The notes below the pieces were generated by a model. The model worked only from the letters and a program-made list of their open reading frames with translations. It did no database searches and was not told where the DNA came from. From assembly GCA_013265495.1 (NCBI GenBank), contig MU058000.1, positions 2,170,001 to 2,234,000 of the forward strand: DNA of 64,000 bases, read 5' to 3'. The DNA is from Vicugna vicugna. Taxonomy: Eukaryota. Numbering within the stretch: position 1 is the stretch's first letter; every line of letters starts with the position of its first letter. The translations under genes and the position numbers were made by a program. Below, piece by piece: positions 1-14,562 of this stretch.

Positions 1-65
1 GTTTATAAAAAAAAGGTTCGTGTGTTTTTAGCTATTAAGTTTTGCTCTTAAAAATCAGCATTCAT

Positions 66-131
66 GCTTCACCCTGTGTACACTAGAAACTGACACAACA
101 TTGTAAACTGACTATACTTCAATTTAAAAAT
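66..131 (+). mobile_element. Extremely 5'-truncated L1 3' tail (~66 bp)
   Basis: Matches the L1 3' terminus seen at ~62170-62229 (tgtacac..gaaa.tgacac..attgtaaactgactatacttcaat + A tail). Flanked by an exact 14-bp TSD aaatcagcattcat at 52-65 and 132-145. Confidence 0.85.
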
Positions 132-857
132 AAATCAGCATTCATTTTTTAGGTCAGTATCCCAAATCAGGCATCTGGCCGCAACTGCTTGTCATAAGAT
201 CTATTAAAATGAAAATGCCTCTTAGGAATAACAGTAATCGTTGAGAGTCTCTTCTGATACTGTATAGCAAAACAATGTACTTGTCTACACACATACAACC
301 TTCCCCACGAACACTTGTGCAAACAATTTCAACCAAGTGAATCGTTGAAATCTTATTCATTCTATGTATTTAATTCAACTACTTAACATATGTATATTAT
401 ATAAGAAGCACACAAATCAAATTTCATGAAATGTAAAAAGAAGAGGCATATAGGTACTAGCTATGGTCATGCTGTGACTTACTGACATTAGTTTCTAAGT
501 AAAATATTTAGAGAAATGCGTGGAATTCTTCCCTATTTTATAGTTTTGAAATAAAAGTATAAAATTAAATATTGCGATACTAGAATAACTTCCTGAGCAG
601 AAATTTAATATATATTTCATCTACACATGATCATATACATGGAGATTATTGCTAATTTCATTGATACTATGGGTCATTTTCCCAAAGAATCAGCCAGTAT
701 GTATTCATTTGCATGGCATTGGTAAACTCATACACTAGATACTCTGATTAAAAGAGAATATATGTACACACATAGCTGATTTAGATTATGTATTTATTAT
801 CAAGTAGTAGAGTAGAACTAATTCTTGACTATCTTCTGTTCTACGCATTGTCTTTCT

Positions 858-1099
858 TTTTGTTTGTTTGTTTTGAATTTTTGTTTGTTTTTTATTGAAG
901 TAGTCAGTTACAATGTGTTAGTTTCTGGTGTAGAGCATAATGCCCCAGTCATGTGTCCCACACATATATTTGTTTTCATATTATTTTTCATTAAAAGTTA
1001 TTACAAGATATTGAATATAGTTCCCTGTGCTATACAGAAGAAATTTGTTTTTTAAGCTGTTTTTATATATAGTGGTTAATATTTGCAAATCCCAAACTC
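858..1099 (-). mobile_element. L1 3' UTR fragment (artiodactyl/camelid type)
   Basis: T-rich tail followed by ttgaagtagtcagttacaatgtgttagtttctggtgta...acaagatattgaatatagttccctgtgctatacag, the reverse complement of the L1 3' end at ~62010-62229. No clear TSD. Confidence 0.85.
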
Positions 1100-1762
1100 T
1101 TTAATTTAAATATTCTCATATCATACTCATGGGCCTAGCTAGAATTTCAAACATTATTTTTCAGATTTCAAAGCAAACATTTTGAGAACAAATAAAATAT
1201 TTTTCTCTAAAATTGCACTGAGACGAATTTGATATTTTCCTGGTTATACAGAATTGCAATTATGCACCATAGAATCATCATTAACACTTGTCATTTCAGT
1301 GATGAAAACCAAAGTGAGGAAAAATAGAGTGTTCCCAGTAAAAAAACAGCCAAACAAATCAGTTTTCACCTCTGCTCTGATGGAAATGTACTTATTGGTA
1401 CTGACATCATTTAAGTGTTCCAGGTCAAGCTCATGGATTTCTGGGGTGACCAACAGCATGAAGTTGTGCAGCGCACTCTGCGTGTGGGTAATCATGACAT
1501 CATGAACCTCTCTGGAGAGATTACGGGTTGATGATGTATTTGGTCTTCTCTTGTGTGGCTTGCCATGGTATGTTCCCAGTCTGCTCAGGGAAATCTGTTA
1601 TCACTGTAGAAGCTAATAATTCACGCCATCACCTATACCCTTTTGTGTAGAAAATATTGTTTGATGTGAAATTCGCTCGACAGTTTTCAGGTTGGCCATC
1701 TGACTGGTGATTGTTTACTTTTTCAGTTACCGTATCAGACACAGCGTTGAACGTGGAGTGCT

Positions 1763-2108
1763 GCTGACATGGTCTGAATGTGTTCCTGAAAAACTGATGT
1801 TGAATCCTAACCCCTAAAGGTGGTGTTATTAGGAGGTGGGGCCTTTGGGACATTCTTAACTCATGAGGGTGTTACCCTCACAGATGGAATTAGTGCCTTT
1901 GTAAAAGGGACTCCAGAGTCACTCCTCCCCCTTCTGCCGTGTGAGGACACAGCTAGAAGTCTATGACCTAGAAGAGGGAGCCCACCCAACCATGCTTGCA
2001 CCCTGGTATTGGACTTTGAGCCCCCAGAACTGTGGGAGAGAAGTTTCTGTTTTTCATAAGCACCCAATCTGTGACATTTTGTTAGAGCAACTCAAATGAA
2101 CAACAACA
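1763..2108 (+). mobile_element. ERVL-MaLR solo LTR (MLT1A-like)
   Basis: Motifs atggtctgaatgtg..., ggaggtggggcctttggg, ggaattagtgccttt, ccagaactgtg, tttgttagagca are typical of MLT1A. About 345 bp long. Confidence 0.8.
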
Positions 2109-3510
2109 GTTGTTATCTTGACCAGTTTGAACTGATGGAAAGATGAACCTAGAATCTTCAAGTGCGACCATAAAGATGCGAGTGTTGAAAAGTTACCTTT
2201 CTGTCTCCGGGCTCTGGGCCTGAGGGTCAACAGGAGAATAAAAAGGTTTTACCTTCTCTCTAAAACTCCTGAACACATTTGCCTCTTTTCAGAATCCGAG
2301 GGTGTGAGGCTGAGATAGGCCAGGCCTCTTGGACGAATATCCTAATCCTACCCCTGAGCCGGACTCATTACAAGGGGTCTGTTGTTGAGAGTTCAAGTGA
2401 GGCTGGGAAAGAGAGCTGTTGCCAAGCCCTGCTCTCTAGGAAGCCCAACTAAGACCATGGGAAAACAAAACCATTTCCAAGGATCACAGGCTTTGAATTA
2501 AGGGAACCCAAAGAAAAACAGAGAGTGGTGTGAAAGTTATGAACTGAGATGGCTCCACTGGCTTCATCTGGGTAGCGTGAGCTGGTCCGACTGGCACATT
2601 CCACACACGCCGGCCAAACACCTTCTTCCCCATTAAGAAGTGCGGCCATCCAGGGTTCTAACACAGTTGGCTTTTTCAGCTATGTGTTAACCACTCTTTA
2701 CCAGCAAAGTAGGAAGGCAGAGGAAAACTTTGAAGGTGAGAAATTCTCCAATGATGTTAACTTTTAAAACACGATTAATGACACTCATTTGAAGTCAAAC
2801 TGTTTTTTACTTATTGATGTTTCTGTGGTCCTGACCCTACAGATTTCAGTCGCTCTGTAAACACATTCCTCTAGATTTGGCCTCAGAATCCCTGGGGGCT
2901 AGAAACTGCTCGATGGAATTTCTAATTAAAAAAAAAAAGAAAGAGTTCCCAGCAATTTAACCCCAAGTTCCCTCGTCAAACATTTACCCTCACACTCCCT
3001 CTTATAAGTGTCCCTGTTGTCTCTTATTCATATTGACAACTCCTACTTGACAGCACCCATGAAAGAACTGACAGCTTTCCTCCAAAAGCAACACCGTTCA
3101 TACTGAAGCTGCTTCAACGCCTTGAAATTTACCTTTCAGACTGAAAGGTTTCATACATGGTGATTAATACAATTCACAAAGGATCTATTTATAAGAGGAT
3201 TCCTTGTGCACTTGGGTGATAGTTGCTAAAGTAATTTTCTTTTGCTTTGGGTCAAGGTTGAAGAGAATTTTGACTTCATAGAATCTCACGTATTTATACA
3301 GGTGTGGGGCCCACGTCTATTTTACACACACACATTTCTTGGCCTCTCTGTGGGTTCTTTTTGTGTCTTCTTCTCTGTCTTTGTCTGTATCCCTCTCTTA
3401 AATCCTCACTCTCTCTTTATTAAGAAAGTAAGTTATTTTAATGTTGGTGAAAGTTCTGAGCAGCACACATTGGAAACTACTTTACAATTACAATTCTCAG
3501 TAAATTTTCT

Positions 3511-4147
<637 letters not shown>

Positions 4148-5216
4148 CTCAGTAAATTTTCTGATCCCAGAGTCCTCTTGCCAAGGTGACTGGTGTTAAA
4201 ATGGCTTTATTACGTCTATTGACAAGTTGATCCATCAAGGCTTTTTTTGGGGCTGATGTAGAATGTCTCACAGGTAACTAATAAGAGAAAGTAAAAATGG
4301 TATCTTTCAATGTCATCTTTATAATTTGGTTTCGATGCTTACACAGAGCCAGAGGAATTTTATACCCAAATCACAATTCTCTGCATGGTGGAATTCTCTT
4401 ATTTTTTTTTCTGTCTCTGATTTCCAGTAATAAATATACTCATTATATTCTTAAGAGAATAGAATACTTGGAGAACTGCTCAATAAATGAAATATTACTG
4501 TTTACATATAGTTTGAATTCACTCTAGGAAACTACGTCACTGATCGTTTTGTTGGAAACAATCAGATGTATTTTTATTTCCATTTTTGTTAACTTAGAAA
4601 ATAAAACTTCATGTAGACAAAACTCAAAAAAGAGCAGCTCCCTTTGTTCCCTACCAAGATATTTCCTTCATATCCAAGGTGGAGGGAAATATCCTTTCTG
4701 TAGCCTGCTGGTGAGCTGATGCACTAAAATAGGGAGTAAAGAAGCCATGAGGTGCCATAGTATGTGCGGGCTTTAAAAGTAAGTTAAAAGCATTCTAATT
4801 ATTCCTGAGGGGTAGTGAAACTTTAAGAAGAGATATTATAGCCATAAAACTAAGGAAGGCCTAATTTTATACTAATAGTTCACTCTTTAGATGGGTCTGA
4901 TTTTTCCTTGGTTTCTTTCTACTGCTGTTAAAATAATTCCTGTTGCCACCTGTTCTTTCTGCTGTAGGCCTTTTAGACATTGAACACATAAAGAAGTCTG
5001 TGCCAGTTAGGAGCTGCTGTGCACAGGCTATTTTATTAACAGAGAATCCCAGTTGCAATGTGTGTCTTTTATTCTGTTTAAGTATTATTGCAAATTACAG
5101 TAATGAGGATTGACCTTTTGTAAATTTCAGGTACGTACTAAGTGTTAATTTTCCCCAATAAGTCGTAAGTTGTTTTCTTGACTTAGAAGGAGATTCTAAA
5201 GCTTAGTCATTACAAT

Positions 5217-5753
5217 TGTAGGGGAACCAAATTTGCCATCCCAAAATGTCTCTTGGGCATGGGGACTGATTTGAGCTGAAACCAATCCAGGCTCAAAAGA
5301 CTTAAGAAGAAACCTTGACCTTCCCGCTAACTTCCTGAAGGATGTACGTAAGAAATGTGTTCCAGGAAGGGAGTCATCACCACAGATAGTGAGAGCATGA
5401 ACTAGTAGGGGGGCCCGAGCGAAGTCTAAGATTCCTCTCTGCGTCTTGTCTCTGCGTGGCCCAGCAAACGTGTGTTTACCAAACATTTGCTTTTCCATCT
5501 CCAAGTCAATTGCCTTCTTCCCCTTCGAGGTCCCAAACCACTACCCACTCCTTTGTCTTCAGCTGGAAATGATATTTAAGGAGAGGGTTTCAGCCATTTT
5601 GGTGAGTTACTCAGCTTTCCTGCGTCTCTCCCATGTGTACATAATAGTAAACTTTTGTTTGATTTTCTCCTGTTAATCTGTCTCATGTCAATTTAATCTT
5701 TAGATCAACCAGAAAACCTAGAAGGGTAGAAGAAAATTTTTTCCTTCCCAACA
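5217..5753 (+). mobile_element. ERV1-class solo LTR (MER34-like)
   Basis: TG...CA termini (tgtagggg...cccaaca) and exact 4-bp TSD caat (5213-5216, 5754-5757). The 3' motif ttttctcctgttaatctgtc is typical of the MER34 group. Confidence 0.85.
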
Positions 5754-6911
5754 CAATTTAAGAAGTGACTTATGCCTAAATAGTCTCTCAGTCATAGGTA
5801 AAGGATTCTCAAATAGAAGATTGTAATTATGTTTTTTTCATTATCTTTGGATAGAGGTCTAAATCTTTGGGATTATTGATTACCAACGATAAAAGGACCT
5901 TGATAAGATTTTTTTTTAAATGCAGCTGAATGGGCCCTGATTTCTTAAATACACGAAGCAAGTAGAAATGTTTAAACTTCCTCAGTGGATATAGCCTAAT
6001 AAAATCAGCAAAGCTTTAAGAGAGAACTAATTTATGAATTAACCAGCCATATATATTCTAGGAAAAGAATTTTCTTGACCTTTTGTGTTTGGTATTTTGT
6101 ATATTTCTGGATCAATTTGAACAGATTTGGCTTTATGTTTCTCTCACCCTAATCTTCCTTCCCAGAATAATCCAAACAGGAAAAAAAAATGTCCTTGATA
6201 CCTTATATGACTCTGGCTTTTTTAAGTGGAAATTTATCTGTAGCAGCTGAGGGATAAAAAATGGTGGACCACTGGTGAATTTTAACTATTCTTTGTATAT
6301 TTTGAAATGCAACTAATAAATATAATAAATAGCTTAAAGAAAGAGGGTAAACCCCTTAGTTTTTTTTTAATTGATGTGTAGCAATGTATCTCAGTATAAT
6401 CTATTTCTATATATTGTTTCCATTATTATATATTATTTCCATATTGTTTCCACATTCCATTATTATTATATTTTGTGTCCATTCTATTATTAGGCAATAT
6501 GAGGAATTTTCACTTGATTATTTTATATATGTATGTATTATTCAGTTTGGATAATCTTTAGTTTCTGGGGATTCTTACAAATGTAGAACAGAAATAGCAG
6601 ATTTCAAAATGCCATAATTTTGAAAGATTGTCATCGTATTTGATGCCAAACATCATGACATAAATTGGGAAACAGTGTATTTGCAGGCTTACCTGGACCC
6701 AGGGTAGGCAAGGAGTTTGAGAACCAATAACCTATTTGTTCCAAAACTATTTTTATTAAGGGAAATCCACCCAACCTGATAGAATTAGTATGCTCTATAC
6801 CTAGAGAATCCCCAGATCCAAGAAAGAGTTCTGGATCCACGAAGTTGAACACCCACTAAACTAATGTGCATTCCAAACAGTTCCAAATATTAAACAGAAA
6901 GGTGTAGACTG

Positions 6912-7100
6912 GCTTTGAATCTATAGACATATGTTTGGATTCCGGTCCATCAGCTTAATCTTGCTAAGCCATGTTTTTCTTCATGCATAAAATGATGATA
7001 ATTAACACCCCATAAAATTGAAGTAAAACATAAATGAAGTAATGATTTGAAAATATTTTGCAAAGTGCCTGACAATTGGTAATGCTCATATAAAAAGGGA
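6912..7100 (+). mobile_element. MIR SINE relic
   Basis: Degenerate MIR core and 3' end (ttcttcatgcataaaatgatgataat...aaagtgcctgaca..ggtaatgctcatataaa). Confidence 0.6.
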
Positions 7101-7289
7101 ATCCTTTTCATTTCCTTCTCCTTCTTGAACATGTGTAGAGAAACTACTATGTACAGAACTCTCTATAAAATATATAAAAATTTTATAAATTATTTATGAA
7201 CTAAAGGGTGAAATACAAGAATATGAAAAATACAAATTGTGTTTTGTATTCAGAGGAGTTCTCTAATTGAGATAGTACAGAGTATGAAT

Positions 7290-7860
7290 ATATTGAAATA
7301 ATAGAACATAGGTTGGGGCTAGTATCCCATGAAAAGTGTTAAATGCTAGATTAAGGAGTTTAGATCAAATTTTTTTAGGTGATAGAAGCACTAAATGCTT
7401 CTGAGCAAAAGAAGGGAGCAGTCAAAACTCATTCCAACTGACTGCATTGCATACTACTAGCAGACTAGCTACTATATTGTATCTATATTATGTGTGTATA
7501 CTTTACTGTAGCAGACTGGATGGGAGACCTGAACTAAAGAAATGGGGGAAAATAAAAGTCAGGGTGCAAGTATGGGAAGAATTTCAATGACATAATCAGT
7601 AGAGTTTATAGAGTGATTGCATGGAAGGTGATGGAGTTTAAAATTATTCTGAAATGACCAAATATGTGGAAGTGGGAAACAGGCTGGCTTTGCAAGGTTG
7701 ATGATAAATTCTGATTCTGACATAATGACTGGTTGGGGTTCAAGGATAATATTGAAATGGAAGTACTTAGTGGCCAATAGGAAAAGCAACAGTAAAGCTG
7801 GCAAATAAGATGGAAAATAGAGACAGAAGACTGACAGCCATCAAAGTATGTGGTAAATTG
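7290..7860 (-). mobile_element. L2 LINE relic
   Basis: Purine-rich degenerate L2-like sequence (aaatgctagattaaggagtttag...ctgagcaaaagaag...aggttgatgataaattctg). Confidence 0.5.
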
Positions 7861-7899
7861 TATTCTGTAATTGCCAGGGAGGATCCCCACTGAGAACAG

Positions 7900-8249
7900 G
7901 GTTGGCCTCAAAACTTGCTTTACTGATGATGAAATGTGAGAAGGAGTAATGTGCCATTTCTGGGAGGTCCTCTGAGAGCCATGGTCAGCTTGGTCACAGT
8001 CTCTTGCTTCTCTACACTAGCTGGCGATCCTCCCTCTGACTCCTCCAGCGCAGACATTTACACTGAAGAGCGCCCCCTACCTTCTCCTCCCCCCACCTTT
8101 ATCCCCCCCAACCACCACAAGGACTACTGCTGCAGACTCTCTCTTATAGAGCAGGTTTTGTGAGGGAAATAAACTTTTGTTGTTACAGACCATGATCATT
8201 TTGGCTGGTTTATTTCCATAGTACAACTTGGTATATTTTGACTGATACA
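7900..8249 (+). mobile_element. Old MaLR LTR fragment (MLT1I/J-like)
   Basis: Ends in gaaataaacttttgttgtta...tttgactgataca, the MLT1-type LTR 3' terminus. 5' boundary uncertain. Confidence 0.55.
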
Positions 8250-9500
8250 AAAAAAGTAACCAAAGAACTTGGGGTTGATCCTTCTCCTTTTTGAAGTTAG
8301 GCAGGGTATGTATTTTTTAAAAAATATGATTGTAGAATGTTAGCACTATATGAGATCTTAGAAACAATTTAATATAATCCCCTTGATTAATAGATAAGGA
8401 AATTAAGAAACAGGAATGAAGAGTTTTGCCTGGAGAAACATTTTCAACAATGCCAGAGGGCTTCTAAAAATGAGAGCGCTTCAGGTGCAAATTTAATTAC
8501 TTTTCCATTAAATTGCACTCATTTTGTCTGCTATAGATCAGCATCGATTGCAAATTGCATGAAATCCAGAGTGATGATACAATGAATAATGCAGATACCA
8601 TCTTTACCTGCCAGTTAATTATTTTCAAAAAATATCCATTGACCACCTACACTGTCCCAGGCATTTTATGTATATTACCTCCACTGAGTTATCTAAGAGC
8701 CCTTCAAGCTAAGTCTGATACTCTCATGCTGAGGAAACTGAAGGCAGAGATTTCAAGTAGGATTGGTAAGGGTCAGAAGGAAGATGAGATTGAAATATGG
8801 ATGATCTGTTGAGATTCAGGCTCCATGGATATTTAACTAAAACAGACACACTATACAAACAGAAGCTGCTCCTATTTCTTTATCCATACAAACATTTGAT
8901 CTATGTTGAGCAGTAAGTGGGAGACCTGGAAAGAACATAATAGTAAGAAAATGAAAAATTAAAATATAAAGGTAGAACCTGTCATTTAAAGGTCATTGGT
9001 GGAAAAACTAGACAGTCATCCGTTATCTATCAGCTACTATATTTCTGATGCTCTTCCCCAACTGCTCTGAAACGTATTTATTCCCATTTCAGACATCTGA
9101 AAATGGAAGCTTTCAACTCAATTCCATATTTCACTCCACTGTGGAATCTTGGGCTGTTTGCCATTTGAACACAATTCAACAGTTGGTTGAACTTCAAAAG
9201 GCGAGGGTGGGGAAAGGCTGTCTGGATTGCAAGTGGAAGGTATGCTGAGAAACAGCGTAAGACAGGAAAGATAAGCAGAATACTTGTGATGAAAAGCTTC
9301 CAGCGCCAGGCTGAAGGGTTTATCCTTAATTCATCAGGCACGACCAAGGCATGGAGGGCTTTAGAACTCTATCAAGTCTAGGCATAAGGAAGATTGATCT
9401 GGCGGGGGCAGACATTGGATCTGGCGTTGGTAGATTTGTTGGATCCAGGAGGAACTGGACATGGAGAGATGAATCAGAGGGTTATTTCAATATTTTAAGA

Positions 9501-9534
9501 AGTAGTAGTAGTAGTAAAGATAATAATAGTAATA

Positions 9535-9590
<56 letters not shown>
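9501..9590 (+). repeat. (AGT)n/(AAT)n trinucleotide microsatellite
   Basis: Directly visible; it produces the poly-S and poly-N runs in ORF 9351..9695. Confidence 0.95.
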
Positions 9591-9593
<3 letters not shown>

Positions 9594-12500
9594 CATATTA
9601 AAGTGCTGGCAGTGAAGCTAGAAAAAAGTGAACAAGCACTTTCCATAACAGGCATTAATGCACCTGAGATAAAATTTGAACCGCAGTGTAGCTAAATATA
9701 TGCTATCACTATGTGCATTTTAATGTTGTTCTACATCCAATGGCTGAATATAATCAGTCTGAAAATAGTAAGGGAAGTATTCATTTGTTTCCTGTAATCA
9801 CATAACTGCGATATGTAAAGGTATGCCAAACACATGGGTAGTTAAATTATCTTTTGCCAGAACCTGCCAAACACGTTGAAAAAGTTGCAAAACACGTTTG
9901 GAAGCACCATGTGGGTGCTGTTGGAAGTCCATGTATATTTATTATCAAGCCAATAGCTGCTATGACACATAAGTCACACCAGTGTGTGTTTTAAAGTTTG
10001 ATCACCCTACCACCGATTCCCTTTCACACCACACAGTTTAAATGGAGAACAAATTTTGCCTAGAGGTCCCTTCTCAGTTCATCTACATGACAACTAGCAT
10101 CCATCAGTGTCCTGCTCCTTGTGCACCTATGCTGATGACTGCACTGTTTGTGATCTGGGAAGTCTGGGGGAGAAAAGGGGTCAAATATTTATTAGTTTCT
10201 GAAGGTGTCCATAAACAAATTTTCTACAGTTATACTCAAAACCTTTTTTTTTCCTCTCCTAACATGTTTCTGCTTCTTCAGTAGAGATTTAATAAATCAT
10301 TATCTTTCCCTTATTTCCCTTTATTCAGCATTCGCTTCTTTATTCAACATTTGCTTCTTCGGTCGGCTTCAGAGCCACGCTCTGCTAGAACTCTCTGTAG
10401 AACTCTCTGTGCCACATGTGAACTGGCTGCTCCACAGACACACACCTTGGATCCCCGTCCCCCCTCCCTCCCCACCCCCCCGTACTGCAGTTTTATTCCC
10501 CTTTTAATCATGGAGTTGAAAGTGAAGAGACAACAGTTGGGGTTTTATTATGCCAGTTCCAAGATGTTTTCATAAGAGACCACGTGGAAAACAGGGGGGT
10601 GCAGAAAGGAGGCATGTGGAGAGGGGAGCACAAATATTTCTGGACTTCAAAGTGAAGGGAAAAGGATAAATAAGTCATTCTGTAGCCAGCAACTCCATAT
10701 ATTTATTACCTTTTAAAAAATGGCCGGAGGTACTGAAATATAAATGGAAGGAACTATTTGGAAGTCTGACACTTTTCCTCCCCCTCTGAACGATACGAAA
10801 AAGCACTTACTCTGAGAACAGTGTACGCTTTTCTTTTAATCTTTTTTATTTCAGTTAAACAAGAAAAACATGTTTGCTTTAACAAATTCAAACAATGTAT
10901 AAGTGTGTATAGTAAAAAGCGTAAGTCCTTCTCGGCCTTCTTTGCCCTTCACTGTTCTCTGTTTCTCATTCTTGGAGAATTTTTTTCTGTGCATAGAAAT
11001 ATGAGCCTTACATGTTCAACAACAATTTTGTTCTGGTCTTTTAGGCAAATTGGGATCAGAGTCTTCATTTCCTTCCGTATAATAGCTTGCTATTTTATTT
11101 AACAATATGCAGTGGGTGTTTTTCTAAGTCAGAATCAAATTCAGTTCTTTTAATGGCAGCACAGTTTCCCATTTGTGTGTAATTCCTCTCTTTCTCTTAA
11201 TTACTTTTCTTCTTTTTCTAACACTAGCAATGTTGCCGTGAGCTTACTTATGCATATATTTGTATATATGTGTTCAAATATTTTGGTGAAAAGATTCGTA
11301 TATGTTATTTGACACTTTGAACATATTTTTTCCTCCTCATATAATGAATGATACTGATTTACAAACATACATATACACTGACACATCTCTTGCCTGTGTC
11401 TACATGATCTCTAGAGACCAGAGAGGATACTTAGATAAATATTTGGAAATTTCATAACCACCAGAGTGCTAAATGTCATTAAGGATCATTCTCACTAAGG
11501 AAATTTTCTGTAGGTTGTCCTACCTCCATCTCCTTAGCTCTGAATATTCACTAAAATATCCAAATAGTCTGCCCGCATTTTGTAGCCACACCCATAATCT
11601 TGTTTGCTTTGTGGTCCCTTACCTTCCTTTATGTGGCATTCATCCACATGCTAGTGATGCTATTTTTTCTCTTTTCTTCCAGCGACTTTTAGTATCAGCC
11701 TTGGTCTGCAGTAAAGCACAAAGCTGTAGTGGAAATGACAGTTCCCCTAGAAGCCATCTAAGTACCTTCCTGCGCTCCGGGTTTGTTTATTCTTTTTAGA
11801 AGCTCAGAGAACACAAAACATGGGCTACATCTGACAAGATGCTGGGTTGAAATCATTTTTTTAGCAGATATCAAGCTGTGCAGATTTGCAGCCAGGAGAC
11901 TGATCTGGGACAATGGAAGGGAGAATGGGACAGTACTGCAGCATTTAATACTTCTTTGTAATGTCATTGATTTTTTTTTTAAGGAAACACTTTGTGATAT
12001 AGCAGAGGTTATTGTCATCTTTGGTTTAAAAAAAAGCCACAGGGTTGAAGTGTCATTAGCTTTATGGAAAGATAATCAGTTACTTCAGTAGTTAAGGGTA
12101 GAAAGTTTATTTGTGCCTGTAGTTATGGAATGACTTAGATATGAGTATAAAAATTAGAAAAATAAAGGAAAATGCATCTTTACTGAGTTACTGTAAAAGA
12201 TATTCTGGAGCCAGTGTAGCTGCATAGAAAGGAATTATGTTTCCAGAACTGTTGTGAGAATTAGGGAAGCCAAAGTCCATAAAACCACCTTTAGGAAAGA
12301 AACATTTATTTCTAAAAATAAGAATACTTGTGATTTATATTATATGTTTATTTGGGGGACTTATTTAAACAGACAAGAGTCCCCAGTTTCTGTACATGTA
12401 ATAGTCCAGAAAATGTAATTGGTAGTACATAGGTTATGAGCACAGGCCAAGGCTGTTTGCTTCTCAGCAAATAGAAGGATGAATACATTTATGCTGAATA

Positions 12501-13585
12501 GCAGTCACAGGAAAGAACTAACAATTGAATAAAACACATTGTCTCAATATACAAGAGATAAACTATTACAAATTAAAGACTGCATTCATTTCAGTTGATT
12601 GGCACCAACTGAAAAAAATCAATTTGAGGGGCTCATTTGGTGCTTTGTGCTCTTCTGCATCATCTGTATTATTTGATTTATCCCCTGTAGCACTCATCCA
12701 GAGAGGGCAGGCAGAGGTAGAAAGGCATTATTTATACAGCCTACCTAAATGAGTTTGAGGCTATAATCATTTTAAACTATTTAAATTTTATTAGTCTGGG
12801 AATTCTAAAATTCAGGAGTGAAATAAGACATTGTGTATAGTTTAATATTTAATAGTAACAAAGAGGGACAGAAAAAAAAGGAAAGATATTTTTTTCTTCT
12901 CCTCACATTTACATAATCTCTCTATATCCCTAATGAACTAGGGTAAGATCCATTGTACTCCTCTCTGACTCAAAGGTATTATAAACTAGATGACTAGGAG
13001 AGTTGCCTTTAATATTGAAATTACACCAGTTTAAATACAATACCGCCTTTAACTTTTTCAGCAACGTGAATTTCTCCATGAAAGGGTCAATTAACCTAAA
13101 ATACTTGAGCATCTGGAAGAATGCTCTTCTATTTAGAATTTGCCTACCAGACAAGTCATTAAGTATTTCAAGAAAACTCGAGCTATATATATTCAAGATA
13201 GGAAGTCCAAAGCAAACTGATTCAAAAAAGCCATTTGGCTAAAGTGAAATTTTATCCAATTAAATTCACACTGTAAATATATTGGCAAATTATTTAGACT
13301 CCTCAATAGCTTTGGGACTGTTGCCAACATAACTAAGATGGAAGGAAATCCTGCTTTTTAAAAGTGGCAACTTCTTCCACTACAGAATTTAGACATCAAG
13401 TTTCTGGAATGCCTTATTGTGCTCTTGATCCAGGGCTAATGGAGCTTAAGTGATTCCCTCTTTAAATCTGGGGATACTTTTTAACACAAAGGCACTTATT
13501 TCTCTTAAGTCAACTAGTTTAGGTTTGCTTAAGAGTATAGGTCTTTAGTAAAAACCAAACATCAATTTAGTTTTAGATTTTTTTC

Positions 13586-13738
13586 CAGGGCCACTACTCA
13601 CCCATTTGGCACTGTTGTGTGAATCGGTGCTCGCTGGAGTGGTTGCAGCCTGGGCCAGCACCCCTCACCTCCACTTTGCCCCCGCACCTGGGCACCATTT
13701 GGCAGCCACAATCTGGTCAACTCAGCGTGATAACCCTG
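13586..13738. mobile_element. hAT-Tip100 MITE (MER91-like)
   Basis: Inverted ends caggg...ccctg around a GC-rich ~150-bp island in AT-rich context. Confidence 0.5.
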
Positions 13739-14562
13739 CATCTTCAAATAATCTCTAATTGAATAGTTGTCACATTATTTCCTCTACATTCTTTGAAACT
13801 TTTCTCCTGCTCTCAAGACTTAAACTATATCCAGCTCACCCTGATTCTTTGCCAAGAATTTTGCTTTATATTTTAATGAAATAAACTATTTAAATGTATC
13901 TGATTTATATTTCTTTGACCTCTATTTACTCCAAATGAATCTCCATCTTCTTCTTGTCTCTGAGAAAGAAGTTTCCCTCTTCCCATCTGGGATTAGCCTG
14001 TTCATCAGTTTCCCCACCAGCGCAGGGGCATATCCACCCCCGTCTTCCCCTCTCAGTTTTGCATGTTCAAGTTTGCTGTCTGTATTGAATCCTTAATTTC
14101 AGTTGGCATGTGCTCTCAAACCTCCATTATCAAATCCACATGTCTTTACTTCTGCAGTTCCTTCCACCAAGAAAGACCTTCACCATTTATGTATATTCCT
14201 GAATCTTTCCTTCTTTTGAAGACCAGTGATAATGCTACATCCTTCAAAGAACTTTCCCCTAAAGAAATACTCCTTCTTTTCAAGGCCCCACTGAATTCCA
14301 TCTAAGTATTCCTTGTGGCAGTCACTATTACGTGGCCTTGAAAAATTATTGTATGTGTGTATGTTTCGTCTTGCAAAAGAAAATTGAGCATCTTGATGAC
14401 TAAACTCCCGTGTGCTTCAACTTTGATAACCTAACACAAAAAAGCAGAATGCCACGCATACATTTGGCACTTAATATATTTTATAAGGGTTTTGTGGAAG
14501 GAATTTTCTATTTAATTGTATAATGCTTTTTCTCTCTTTTTAGTATTTTAATTTCTTTAATG

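Noticed and set aside
1244..1505. Overlapping 83-aa ORFs on both strands in apparently unique DNA
   Set aside because: No recognisable domain or splice structure; a faint resemblance to a hAT transposase C-terminus could not be supported.
9351..9695. 114-aa ORF with poly-Ser/poly-Asn
   Set aside because: Produced by the (AGT)n/(AAT)n microsatellite.
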